A DNA stretch of 63,740 bases, filler included, from Octopus bimaculoides (GCF_001194135.2; 8 parts of 5 records of this genome joined end to end with filler, not necessarily neighbours in it), one strand, 5' to 3'; shown: positions 12,816 to 26,339, counted from the first letter of the whole stretch. Program-made: numbers and translations. Notes: generated from the letters alone by a model not told the origin.

Positions 12816-12851
<36 letters not shown>

Positions 12852-13445
12852 TGTGTGTGCACGTGCGCACGTATAATGACTTATTAGCTGAGATTATTAC
12901 AGACCATTCAGTCAGGCCTTTAGCATTCTCAGTTAATAAAGGAACTTATATAATCTACTCTACATATTCAATCTTTTTCTCTTATTTATAAAACCATTTA
13001 TAGTATACACACAATAGGCACACACACATACATGTGTGTGTGTGTGTGTGTGTGTATGTGTGTGTGTGTATCCCCTGTGTTATGGAAGCATTGCATTTCT
13101 GAAAATTTTACCATATGGGCTTTTGTCACAAAATATCATTTCCCTGTCGACTTCTCTCCATAGATGGAAGTCAATGAAAATAGAATCAATGGGGAAATAT
13201 TTTACATTACAAAACTCCATGTTATTTCAAGATTTTTGAAGGGTGCAACACTTGCAGGATGCAGTCTGTCTGCCTGTCTGTCTGTCCATCTATCTACACA
13301 CATGTAGTCATATACTTATATAGAGAGTGTGAGTGAGAGACAGACAAACAAACAGTCAAGGTGAGGGACAGATGGGCATGCAATTTAAAAGGGAACATGA
13401 AATCTGACATTGTTGAAGGAAGACTACTTTTGATATCTATTACAG

Positions 13446-13614
13446 GAACAGAAATTATTGAGTACCTGCTATGTACATGGCTTAAAACATCTGAAGGAGT
13501 CTTAAAACTGAATATGGTATACTCATTCGAATACCATCAAAGAACATTGTACAATCCATACTGCTCCAAGGAATTGCTACAAATCCTACTTCATACACCA
13601 CAAAACGCCATTAG
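13446..13614 (+). CDS. Candidate internal exon (GTEIIEYLLCTWLKTSEGVLKLNMVYSFEYHQRTLYNPYCSKELLQILLHTPQNAIR), unidentified
   Basis: Acceptor TTTTGATATCTATTACAG, donor GTAAGA, 169 nt, a single open frame (phase 1 in, phase 2 out). Confidence 0.35.
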
Positions 13615-15589
13615 GTAAGAATTGATTTATAGCACAAACATGTAACTTCAAAATAGTTGATAAATGATACAGAATCATCACTTAATTCCTATGATAAAAC
13701 AATTCAACTTAAATTCAACAAAATTATACATTTGTATATATATATATATATATATTGCTGATGTCAAGAATTCTATAAACTTTTGAGAGAACTTGAAATA
13801 AATCATTTTCAGAACATTGGTTCTCGAGGCACATTTTATTTTCAAAAGGTTTTTCAACCCAATATTTACAAGCTATATTTATAATATTTATAGCTTGATG
13901 TGATGTGACTTGAAATCTAATGCTTCAAAAATGAAAACATATAAATATATATATATATACACACACATAGACACACACGCTCACGCTTACACACATATTC
14001 ATGCACACCCACCTACACCCACTCACACTCTTTCACACACACACACACATACACAAACATGCACACACGTGCACAGGCATAATGTGTATTACTGTCTTAC
14101 ATGTTTCTCTTGCACTCACCTTTGGTGAATGTAGCCTTGATAGAAGTTAATGTAATCAGCAGGTATCCAAGTTCCTTATTCTTTACTTTACTTGAAGTAA
14201 TAGTTTGTCCTATACTTTTACAGGTATAATAACTTGTCCTGTATTTTTCCAAGTTTATAATCTTAAGAATATTACTTTTCATGCTCACATTTTTCCATGT
14301 AATCCATGATTTTTCCAGTCATTGCTGTTATAAGATAATTAATAATGTGTCAATTAATAATTTAGGATTTTACCTTATAAAATATTGGATAGGGGGATAC
14401 ATCGGCAGCTATTTTTAGCGTGTCGAGCGACCAGGTAGAGGCTCTTTCATTGGTTTGATTGCATGATGAGATTTGTTTACACATATATGCATAATATGCA
14501 TATATATCATCAGCAGAAGTTAGAGAGTAAGTCAAAACCTGAGAGTTTCATGTATTGGCACCTATCAAGCATAAATTTGCCCATTGTCACTTTGTAACTT
14601 GTGATGAAGTAACTTCTAAAATACAAAATTTTATCAAAAACGTTAAGAGCAAACCCTGTTGTATGTGATGAATTGTACCACTGTCGGAAGTTTGAAAGTG
14701 TTAGTTAAAAAAAAAAAATTAAATAATCTGTACGTCAAATTGAATAGATCTGAAATGGATAAAAAGCAAAGTCGACCTCAGTAGAATTTGAACTCAAAAC
14801 ATAAACACAGGCAAAATACCAATAAGCATTGTGCCCAGCATGCTAGCATTTCTGCCAGCTCACCACCTTTGAATGTGAATATTCATTTTAGCAATATATT
14901 CTTTAATATTCTTATTGATAAGTATTATTCTCTTACTCACTGAAAATTTCGTGGTATTTCACCCCATAACTTTTCTTCTACTAATTTTTGTTCAATGCGA
15001 CTAACGACTCTGAATTCCTCATACATTTTTCTATCATTTAAGCCTAAGAAAAGTATACTTTTATTTTAAAATTAAAAAGTTTATGTTAATTGAAGGTGAA
15101 TAGGTGCCTTACTGCCCCCCCTTGAGGTTGCAGATATCTTGATGAAACTTTTTCTACTGAACCAAATCTCAAACTATTTATGCCAAAGTGTAGCTGAGGA
15201 GGTGTTCTTTTTAAAACTGTTAACAGTTTGCAATTTAGTTGAGAACTGAATTAGTGATAGAGCTTGGAACCTGCTGCAATTGATGAAATGGTGGACTTAA
15301 GAATATATTCAACCACTACCATGGTTGAATGATATATATATATATATAAATTCAAAAAGGGATAAAACTCTTTTACAGGAATTTTATCAAGAAGCCAGTG
15401 TGTAAAAAAATTCGTAAGGGAAATTTCTATTCCCAAGAATATAATTATTCGTTTATATTTATATAAAAGGCATTATTACAGAAAAATAACAACGCCACAC
15501 AATGGACTTCTCAAAATAACCACATTTAGTACCTAATTCGAGGAAAAACAACCAACAGAAGTCTACCTACTTTCTTTTAAATAGACTTA

Positions 15590-15651
15590 ACTGTGTATCG
15601 ACCGATTTGGCGATTAGTAGAATGAATCTAGATTTCGTTCATCAGCACAGT
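15590..15651 (-). ncRNA. Hammerhead motif in the left arm, probably inactivated (GAAA changed to CAAA)
   Basis: Minus strand: ACTGTG-CTGATGA-ACGA...TCGC-CAAA-TCGGTCGA-TA-CACAGT. Confidence 0.65.
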
Positions 15652-15922
15652 ATTGTACCAAAAATATATATAAATAAACAGAATTTTCACCTCACCAAAA
15701 ACGAACACCCTACGTATCTGACAGAGTAAAGGGAATGAAGTTTATCTTTATATATCTTCATCAAAGAAGCGGGAATACTTCCGGGTTGCTTTTGGGTACA
15801 CGTGTGGAGACAGGAATAAAAATTCAACATTGAATATAAACCCTTTACTCTGTCGGATACGTAGGGTGTTCGTTTTTGGTGAGGTGAGAATTCTGTTTAT
15901 TTATATATATTTTTGGTACAAT

Positions 15923-15984
15923 ACTGTGCTGATGAACGAAATCTAGATTCATTCTAGTAATCGCGAAATCGATCGATACACAGT
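15923..15984 (+). ncRNA. Type I hammerhead ribozyme, palindromic stem III, near-intact
   Basis: ACTGTG (stem I)-CTGATGA-ACGAAATCTAGATTCATTCTAGTAATCGC (stem II)-GAAA-TCGATCGA-TA-CACAGT. 6-bp stem I, palindrome ATCGATCGAT, A10.1/C11.1 mismatch. Confidence 0.75.
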
Positions 15985-16123
15985 TAAGTTTATTTAAAAG
16001 AAAGTAGGTAGACTTCTGTTGGTTGTTTTTCCTCGAATTAGGTACTAAATGTAGTTATTTTGAAAAGTCCACTGTGTGGCGTTGTTATTTTTCTGTAATA
16101 ATGCCCTTTATATAAATATAAAC

Positions 16124-16214
<91 letters not shown>

Positions 16215-16634
16215 CATGTATATATCTATATATGTATATTGATGAAACAGACATAACTGTGCTGGTGGAATCATATCGACTTCAGCTGATGGAATTGTGA
16301 GTGTGTGTGTGTGTGTGTGAATGTTTATGTGCATGTGTGTGTGCTTTACACACGTTTACACATAGTATATAGTGATGTACATTCTCTCATCTGATAATGA
16401 TATACTTGTTGATATACTCACACAACAAAATTTATTTTGTTGCTCTTATCTTCCCAACCAATCAAATCACTTTTTACTCTCACTATTACTTCTCCCCCAT
16501 TCAAGTAAATTACTTTTTATTCCCTCCATAACATATCTATAAAGGAACAAACATCAATCTTCACAAGTGAAACTTTTTTTGTTGTATTCTCTTGCTGGCT
16601 GCACTTACAATGCTGTTACTTTTATTTAACCCAG

Positions 16635-16774
16635 ATACTTCTGATCAAATAAGCTTATGATGAAAGGCATTCCAAACATGGCCATCCTGTCCATTTTTTG
16701 CCTATTTCATATCAAAAATGGATTATATAGTATCCAATGGATTTTCATTTTTGAAGATTTGGAATGTTCTTTTG
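16635..16774 (+). other. Splice-site-bounded segment with stops near its start in all three frames (possible UTR, lncRNA or pseudogene exon)
   Basis: Acceptor TTTTATTTAACCCAG, donor GTGAGT. Confidence 0.2.
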
Positions 16775-17411
16775 GTGAGTATTTTCCTATTTATAGTAAA
16801 CTGAGCAACAAAGGTGATTTTTCTTTAGCTTGTTACAACTCTGTCATACTTTTGCTCCTGATTATTAAACTGCGTTTCTTTAATAATTATTCAACTAAAA
16901 CAGTTAACCTACAGCATCACTAATGATGGCTTCTAAAGAGGTTGAAAACTCAACTGATCTTTCACTTCCACTTAGTTTAGGAATATTAATATATTCTTTT
17001 TACTCACCTTAGTAACTTGAAGGTCAGTGGAAATTGTGATTGACTTAATATAAAATCAAAGGAAAAAGTCTATCCACTGATGTATTTAATCAGAATTGTA
17101 TATAAATATACATACATTTTTGGATATGTGTATCCATCCATCATTCATCATTCATCTATCTAACTGTCCACCAATCAAACTACTTATCCACCTACTTTCA
17201 TATCTATCTAACATACTTACCTATCTACCTTTCAGTCTATCAATTTATCAATCAACCCATCTATCAAATGTAAAACAGTACATTTTTAGCATTTGACATT
17301 TATATAAAGAAAATCATATTTAACCCCATTGTTATGGCTCTGAGTTATATAATTTAGATTCTTCCAAATAAAGAAAGTACTGTCCTATGACCCTTCCCCC
17401 TCTCTCACTAT

Positions 17412-17462
<51 letters not shown>

Positions 17463-18843
17463 TACATACATGTATACATATATCTCCATGTGTATGTATG
17501 AGAGTGTATGTGTGTGTGTGTGTGTGTGTTTGCATGTGCAATGTTTACCGATATAATACATAAACATATATTATAACATTTTCGATGATTTTCAGTTTCA
17601 AGCAAAGTGGGGCTTCTTCAAAAGGATGTGATACATGTGGAAGTTTTGAGACAAAATTTGCACTCAATATAAATGCATCTACAGAAAGAAGATTGAGATT
17701 AAGACTTTGCAAAGTTATATATATATATATGTGTGTGTGTATGTGTGTGTGTGTGTGTGTGTGTGACCATCATCATTGTCATCACATTTTTTCATGCTTG
17801 TATGGCTCAGCAGAGACTATTCTGGAGCACAGTTTTCTTGAAATGGAAGTTCATCCAAACATCAACTCTTACCTATTTCCAAGCAAGAGTGTAGTCACTC
17901 AGTCTATCTAACTACAAACAGTCCAGACAGCTTTGGTGGAGAACTGGAAACAACTGATACCATTTGTAAGAATGTTTCCAAAGAGAACAATATATGAAGG
18001 CAACTCAAGAAGTCTTGATATGGTCCATATAAAAGTATCTGTCTATTGTTTTTCAGGCAGCAAGCTGATCCCAACAGTGGTGGTACTGCAAAAGCACTCA
18101 ATGCACTCTATAAATGATTGTTAATCAATTTGAGCAGAGACAGTGCAGGACTTGTGAGAGCCCTTCTGTGTTGCTAGCAGCAAGGTAGCCTCTATAAAGC
18201 AGGTGTTAAGAAAAAATACAGCCAGAACACTTTGTATATTGATTGGTATTAGGAAGGGTCCCCATCTGTAGAAACCATGCCAATAATGAGATATTGCAGG
18301 AAGATATGATTTTCTGACTCATTCAATAATCATATCAAACCATCTTACCAGTGCCAGCATGGAAAACAATTGATATAAAGTGGAAAGGATGATTATCACA
18401 CACACAAACACTACTTCCTGTTCAGCTATGAAGTTCACATGATCTTGCATTCTTTACCAGTAGAAGCCAGTATTTTCTAACATAGACGATATTAGACCCT
18501 GCCTTCTCTCTTTAATTTCCCTCCTGCCACCTTTTTCCTGAAGGAGGACTCTAACCAAAGCATTGGCTTTTCCAATCTTTGCAGCAAGTTAACAGTACAA
18601 TGCCCAAATGAAATATGTATGTATGTATATATAAAGATATATATATACATATATATATACATATATATATACATATATATATATACATATATATATACAT
18701 ATATATATACATATATATATACATATATATATACATATATATANNNNNNNNNNNNNNNNNNNNNNNNNNNNNNNNNNNNNNNNNNNNTTAATTAATTAAN
18801 NNNNNNNNNNNNNNNNNNNNNNNNNNNNNNNNNNNNNNNNNNN

Positions 18844-19030
18844 GACACTGCTGACCTCCCCTGTTCGAGGGTTATAAAGGACACAGGTTTCGTGTGTCAC
18901 ATAGCTAGCTAGAGGCGATGGCTTCTTGGAGCTAATTCACGGCAGCTTTCGTCCTAATTTTGGGACTGCCATGTTGGCTTGGCGATAACTATTAATTTCC
19001 AGTACCGCTGCCGTAGTCTCCTTTAGAGAG
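18844..19030. other. GC-richer, hairpin-dense segment next to a gap, possibly a retroelement UTR
   Basis: Stems GACACA/TGTGTC, CGGCAGC/GCTGCCG, GTCC/GGAC, GCCA/TGGC and AGTCTC/GAGACT. Confidence 0.35.
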
Positions 19031-19048
19031 ACTTAGAAATATTAATAA

Positions 19049-19084
<36 letters not shown>

Positions 19085-19842
19085 TTAACCATAATTTGAT
19101 AAACCTACATTATTACTTCCGTTCGTCTTCGTCTTATTATTTTGTCACATCATACTTATCTATTATCATATTACAGTGATCTATTTTGTGTTTTCCTATA
19201 ATTCTCTTTTCCGCAATAGTTAAGCTTCCATACAGGTTTTCCTCTTTGGGAGAATAAATAAATCTTACTCCAGCTTTTTGATCATGCATTTTATACGCAT
19301 TGCTTTCATTTGTATCATTATGTATTGTAATATTGTAAAGACAGCTTTCTTTTCCATTATCGTCTTCATGTTCAGATATAAGAATATAGTTACATAATGG
19401 ATTATATTTATCTTATTTACAATGTTATTAAGTGTATTGTAGTATTGATTTAATTAGAGCCTTTGTTTTCTTACTCTACAATATTCCTGGCTACAGGAAT
19501 GAATATATCTATGTAGATTACAATTGTGTCTGCATATATAACCACGATACTACTGCTCTTTACTTTTCTATAAATGTTGTCTTTTATAATTTCTATGTAT
19601 GTCATTGCATTACTTTCAACAATAGACTTTATCAATTTAATTAGCAGAGAAAGAGAGTGTGGAAGGAAAATGAAGATACCAGTAGCAATGTAAAACAATT
19701 GTTAGCATTAATTTTTTTGTACAATTTTTCCTCTAAATATTTGCTAATATTTATATGGGTAAAATCATAGTCTGTGTTTGAAGAAAGGACATTTAATAAT
19801 ACGTAAATCAATTTGTTTTCACCTCTAAAAGATGAACTATCA

Positions 19843-20096
19843 TGTTCGGTCGGTTTATAATTATTGTGGCTTTTTTTCAACAAATTTTATTCAACAAAAT
19901 CAATAACAGCAGTTAACAAAAACATCTTTAAATGACGGTCTGATCGTCTGCCAAGCAAATGGGAAGCATTATTTGAAGTAGATGGTGAATATGCTCCGGA
20001 ATAATCATTTAAAGATGCTTTTATTACACGTTGTTTTCGTTTTGGTAAATAAAATTTGTTGAAAAAAAGCCGAAATAGTCATGCATCAACCCAATA
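19843..20096 (+). mobile_element. Second, more diverged copy of the mariner-derived MITE
   Basis: Colinear with 2987-3236, including GTCTGCCAAGCAAATGGGAAGC...GAAGTAGATGGTGAATATGCTCC. The right TIR ends CAACCCAATA. Confidence 0.85.
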
Positions 20097-22459
20097 TTTG
20101 GAAAAGTTGATGGTGTTTGTGATAAACATCCCAAATACTGTGTACTTTTTGCTACGTTCAGGTGTTACATTATATTTAAGGACATTATGTTGTTAGTTTT
20201 CTCTAGATTAATGGATATCCCCAAAGCAATAGAGAAGATTGGCCTATAAAACCTTTTCACCATACCTATGCGAAGTGTACGTAGCTTGATACTGCGGAGA
20301 TTGGTAAGAAATTATAACGTTTGTGAATTGACGATAGACGGAAAATATTTTGGTAACTCATGTATTCCAGGAAGCTTTAGTTCTGTAGATAATCTAAGAA
20401 AACAGTTTGGCATGTAAAAGCAAAATTGGCATTGGCGTAATTTTGACACAGATTAAAACATATCTAGTGTGTTATGAAGACGAAAAGTAGCATTAGTTAC
20501 AATGAAAAGCTACACAGAGGAGTTTTTGTAACGGAATGGATACGTGCCAACAGAAATATTTTCAAAACTTTGAGTAGTATCTTTTTATGCTGACGTTTTC
20601 AGCCTAGAATCGAATAATCTGAAAATTATTGGTTTGTTTTCCTTATCACATGTTTGCTCACTCACCTCTGACTCATATATAATTCAGGGTAGCGATCGCA
20701 ATTTCTACCGTATAAATGTATTTGATTTCTTATAATCTAAATATTGAGTTCCACTAAATGTTAAATATGTTTGCTGATCTGCCATTTACAAAGCTGTTGT
20801 CATCTAAAACATTTGGATGCAAATATTTAATTATACATGATTTCACCAAATTCAACGAGTATTGTTAGTTAAAGAATTCATAAAAGTAATGTTCGTCATT
20901 TACATATATACTAATTACACAGAAGGGATTAAAACACTAATTTTACGATCTGGTAAGTGGTAAATTAATGTCAGTAATAAATACAAATGCGCTATAATTG
21001 GCTACCACAGGAAATGTCAGGACAGACACCTGAGAATCATTATAACATTGATGAGTTGTTTGTGTCTATAGTTGTACTATGTTTATAGGGTAGTAGGTAC
21101 AGCGTTGAATTTTGATTGTGTATATTTTTATAACTGTTAGTTTATTCTCTTTTGTCGGAGAAAGGAAAGACGAATATTTTAGCGGTTGGATACGTGCATG
21201 TCACATTTTGTTACTTTTTCAAGAGTACTGGATATGCTCGGTAATTAAAATTAAAATAATTGATAAAAAATCAAAATATCTTAGATTATCTTAGATAATA
21301 AATTGTCAGGAGCTCCCCTTCTGCAATACAGTAACTTCAATATGCTCTTTGTGGTAATATCGAACCGGACTTTCGCTCTAACAGTCATTGTTACATAATT
21401 GATTAATAAAATGATACTAAATCATGCATCTCAATAAATATAATATATAATGCATCTCTTCTCAGACAAAATTGGAGCTGAGAATAAAACACATGTGGCA
21501 TTATCAAAATCAACATTTGTTAGGAATAACCCACTTTAAAGAAGACTATTAAGTTTAGCAAATTATATAATCGCTTTAGAATCTCCAGTTTGTTTACAAT
21601 TTAAATGGAATTAAAACGAAAGAAAGAAAGCAAGCGGAATGAAAGCAATATGCAAACCAATATGAATTCTATCAAAATAGTTTTTAACAGATTGTACTTA
21701 AACTAAATACATCATCTGCTTGCATTCAAATAGTTATAGATTCTAAGATGCTTATGTATGCAGATGCACTCGTGCAATTGTTTGTAATAAATAATGCACT
21801 AAACAGCAGCTTCTTGCCGACGTTACTAGACTACACATGCACAGAGCATGTTTACGAAGTGAAATAAAGTGATGCAGATTTTATTAAAGGACGTTCGTCT
21901 TCGGCTACTCACCAGTATTTCAAGTAAACATCCCTGACTTGATCCATTGAATATCTGTGTTGTACTGTGAGACTTAGAGTGGGGCATAGGTTCACTACCG
22001 CTCTATTGCACAAAACTGCAATCGAGTTATCCTCGAAAACTTTTCTTTTAGATCTTCGCTAAACCTTTGACATACAATGGAATCTAAATAGCACAACATG
22101 TATACACGTGCATGATAACACAGTCAGAAAGCCTGTGTATAGTTATATACATTTGTAATAAATTCATTTAAACATGCTGGCAAAGTTAAGCACATACCAA
22201 TATGGTTAATGAAAGAGAACTGTCAATAGTTCTATTAACGAAGTTATTCAGTCACATACTCATAAAAAACCCCTATTTTATGCTTATATGTATGTGCCCG
22301 TGTGCCCGTGTCTGTGTGTGTGTGTAGTAATAAATGTAAATTGGTGCACATGTATTCGCATAACGTCTAGGCTTACAGAGCAGCCTATCCATACATACCC
22401 GGTTATCCTGATTCCAAACAAAGTCATGATAACCACGTCTGTGTTACTGTGCTGTACAG

Positions 22460-22601
22460 GTTCACCGATCATCGCTCCAAATTCGAACAATACTTTAGAG
22501 TTTCAAGTTTTTACGACTAACAAACTGCAAGCCAAGATTTGTAGCAACGGAGATAGATCGACGCCGAATAATTTAAGTGGACAGTGTTGGCAGAATTTTC
22601 C
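22460..22601 (+). CDS. Candidate exon (GSPIIAPNSNNTLEFQVFTTNKLQAKICSNGDRSTPNNLSGQCWQNFP), unidentified
   Basis: Acceptor ...GTGCTGTACAG, donor GTGAGT, 142 nt, one open frame. Confidence 0.25.
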
Positions 22602-23182
22602 GTGAGTTTAACCGGATATGATGCAAAAGTGTTCATAACATTAATATCGATTCGGCCAGCGAATAAGGGAGAGGGGGCTAGTCGATTATATCTACCACAG
22701 TGTTCAATTGCTATTTCTAATATCGATCTTGGAAGGATGAGCCGCAAGGGATGAAATGCCCCGGTGGCATTTGAACTTGGGCCCTTTTATAGGAAGAAAT
22801 ACCATGAAGTTTTGTGTCTGGCGCGGTAGCGAATTTGCCAGCTCATTACCCTCAATATAACATTAATACTAACTGACATATATGTGTAAAGTTCCATAGG
22901 TTGCTAGCGTAGCTTTTCCTTCAGGTAAAGGCATTATCATTAACGCCCTCCATCACAAGCGATGCGTTCGTGCTATTGTTCAACGCGATTCTCGAATAAA
23001 TGTTGTGAACATCTATGCCTGCAGTAACGAGCATTTCCCAGGGGTTTTCCCGTCATCGGCTTTATACACACATGCATACATACATACATACATACATACA
23101 TGCATATATACAAACACACATATATACGTATACACTCTTCTACATATTTCAAACCTAAGGCTCAGGGAATGCAAGAGCAACG

Positions 23183-23246
<64 letters not shown>

Positions 23247-23300
23247 GCATATGTATATGTATGTATGTGTGTATACACTTCCTATAATGTGTATATATAC

Positions 23301-23540
23301 ACACTTATATGTCACAAGCTTCTTGATCTCGGCATTGTTGGAAAACTTGGAGAGTGGTTACACGGATTTTTATGAAATAGAAATCAGGCAATGGTGACCA
23401 ATAGAACCAATGTAAAAGGCGCAAGATAGTGAAAGGTATTCCACTGGGCTCTGTCTTCGGGCCACCGCTTCTCAAAGTGGACCTTTCATAAATTGCACCC
23501 ACTTGGTCAGAGAGTCTCCCTTGCAAGCTATGCAGATGAT
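23301..23540 (+). pseudogene. CR1/L2-type LINE reverse transcriptase fragment
   Basis: [26 protein letters not shown]...GIPLGSVFGP...YADD: RT domains 4-5 (GxPQGSxLGP, YADD) with stops and frameshifts. Confidence 0.8.
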
Positions 23541-26197
23541 AGTGCCCATCGTTTGCAAATACATATTAGCTTACAGAACGTCGTAACTTCAACTCTGGCC
23601 CCCAATTCTGTAGGAAATCTTTAGAAATAAGCAGAGGAAAAGTGAATACGTTGCATTGTAAGCGAAAGCTAAGACACAAACTTGAAGCTTCTAAATATTT
23701 ATTGAAAATAGTAAATGTACCAGCTGGTCTATTAGGTCCAAAAGAATAGTAGACTCAACTAAATATTCTCACTTGCATTCCAAGCTTCCTCTCCAGGCGT
23801 ATTAATGTTACAGTACAAAATGGATATAATGTCGATAGCAAATGTTATGAATGCGGACTCCACATCTGACAAAGTGGACGTTAAGAAGCACGCCTCTGTA
23901 GCACACAAGTGATCAAGGGTTCCTGGCACGTATTAGGAACAGTTTCTGGTTGATAAATAAAACACGATTAATAAAATGATAAGAAGTGTACCACCTGTTT
24001 TAATTTCCTAAACCTTGATTAAAATTCCATCAGCTAATCTAAACAGCTATTATGATATTAACCTATAACGACAGGAGGAACAAATGGTAAAAGGAAGGAA
24101 ATGATTTACATGGTTCAATAGCAACTTATATTATACAACAATACAAATACCATCAAAGACAAAACAAATGGGTGGAATAACATGCAGAGGAAACTGCTTA
24201 AATATCGGTTAACACCTTAACATATTAATTCGTGACGTCGATATTAAGACGCGCATTAATTTGTATATGCCTATGTGCATGCGCACATTCATGCATACTT
24301 TGATATGTGCGCGAACGTATGCAAGTATGAATATATATAAATACATATAAGAATGTATCTGTAATAAGTTGTATTTGCATAAATTTATATACGTGTGTGT
24401 GTGTATCAATCTGTACAAATGGTATGTATGAATATGTGTATGAATCTGTATATATATANNNNNNNNNNNNNNNNNNNNNNNNNNNNNNNNNNNNNNNNNN
24501 NNATATATATATATATATATATATATATGCATCTGTGTATGTATATACCGAAACAGAAGTGACCTAAGGGAAAAAATAACTCAGAGCTGTTTGTTGCATG
24601 GATAAATCAAACAACATACAACATAAATACATAAATACATAAATTCTTTGATTATTAAAATCATCTCCGTCTGTATATATGTGTCACAATTATCAAATGT
24701 CTACAAATGGATGTCAAGAATAGCTAGTTTGATATATTAATCGAAATTTAAATGGATTTCACTATGTCCTATCCTTCCTGTTTGTGTAGTCTTTGATGGA
24801 AGATTTATTGTTCTATAATATAAGAAGCAGCTATTGACGCGCATTAAGGATTTCATTCTCCGCTCCTCGTAGTTGCATTGGTTAATGTCCATATAGCTCT
24901 TTAGATTAGCTAGTGAAATATTACTAAAGACAAGAAAATTAAGACAGCTGGAACTATTCTTACAATTTCATTAAGTATCTGTTATTTACACACTGTTAAT
25001 TAACTGCTATATTCAGGCATTCAAGCCTCTGTACAAGAAATCACTTCTTCAATTATTTGGGGCAGTTTCATGTAGAATAATTACTTATGGAAACTATACA
25101 GTCTTCTTCTTGACTGCATCTCTTATCAAACCCTGTGTTAATAAAGCGTGTATTCAAATGTAATTTAAAATTAGAAACCAGTGATAACATTCTCGATACT
25201 ATATTCGAACTGTACATAATATATATTAAATTTTCTCCTAAACATCAGCAAGTCAATTTCTGAACATGAAAGTCATAATGTAAATATATATATAGCTTTA
25301 TATACGTCTGAATTTAGAGTTCACTCCCGAATCGTGATCATAAAAATCTAATTAGCAGCATAATGGTAGTGGTTATATCATAATTGAACTTTGTAGAACA
25401 ACCAGCATTCAAGTTGCAAAAATTCCATTTCTATACAAGGTAAATAATCATACCAATTAAAATTAACATCTGTCGTTAAACCAGTTTTCTATCTTTCACA
25501 CTCCTGTATCTTTATTTTACATTCTCTATACAATATAACACACAGACACGCACACAAACGCACACAAACACACACACACACACACACGCACGCACACAGA
25601 GTGAGTGTATGTACGTATGTGTATACATTATTATTATTATTATTATTATTATTTTATGTTTGACTTTTGTTTTGCATTTGTACAAGTTGGATCCAAGTCT
25701 CACCCAGAGACCTCAAGAGACAACAAGTTAGAAGTTCATGTAGGTGTTATGCCTAGGGTACCATATATTTGGATTTGTACAGTTTTGTTCAAGTGAATGT
25801 TTAAGAAACCATAAGAAAATTATGTTTGCTTTAAAATTTGAGATCACATAGACAGTATNNNNNNNNNNNNNNNNNNNNNNNNNNNNNNNNNNNNNNNNNN
25901 NNTTAATTAATTAANNNNNNNNNNNNNNNNNNNNNNNNNNNNNNNNNNNNNNNNNNNNTATATATGTATGTATGTATGCATGTATATATATGTATATATA
26001 TATATATGATGGTCATAGATCTAGATATGGATCAGTATACCGTGTGATAATCACAGTTTCCGTCGGTTGTTAAGTAAGAAACATTTTGATCGATAAATGT
26101 TAAAGAGCTGGCCAATATTATCAACATTCCTCAGATAACATTCTTCCATTCTGCTTTTTTTCCGAGAGGCATTATTACTATTTTTACGCTATTTTTT

Positions 26198-26285
<88 letters not shown>

Positions 26286-26307
26286 GTTATTATTATTGTT
26301 GTTGTTG

Positions 26308-26339
<32 letters not shown>

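Larger units (their letters stand above)
15446..16128. mobile_element. Long inverted repeat (288-bp arms, 107-bp spacer), probably inverted Penelope-like pseudo-LTRs
   Basis: 15446-15733 is the near-perfect reverse complement of 15841-16128, and each arm carries a hammerhead motif. Confidence 0.85.

Noticed and set aside
16635-17720. In-frame TGA codons suggesting a selenoprotein (SL**KAFQTW..., RM*YMWKF*DK)
   Set aside because: There is no homology to selenoproteins and no SECIS was recognised. The frame choice is arbitrary and stops are expected in AT-rich DNA.
19280-19440. GPCR-like hydrophobic stretch (FICIIMYCNIVKTAF) on +
   Set aside because: It is short and interrupted by stops, and hydrophobic runs are common in T-rich DNA.
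20150-20620. Possible piggyBac transposase remnant
   Set aside because: No convincing catalytic motif in the frame I translated.
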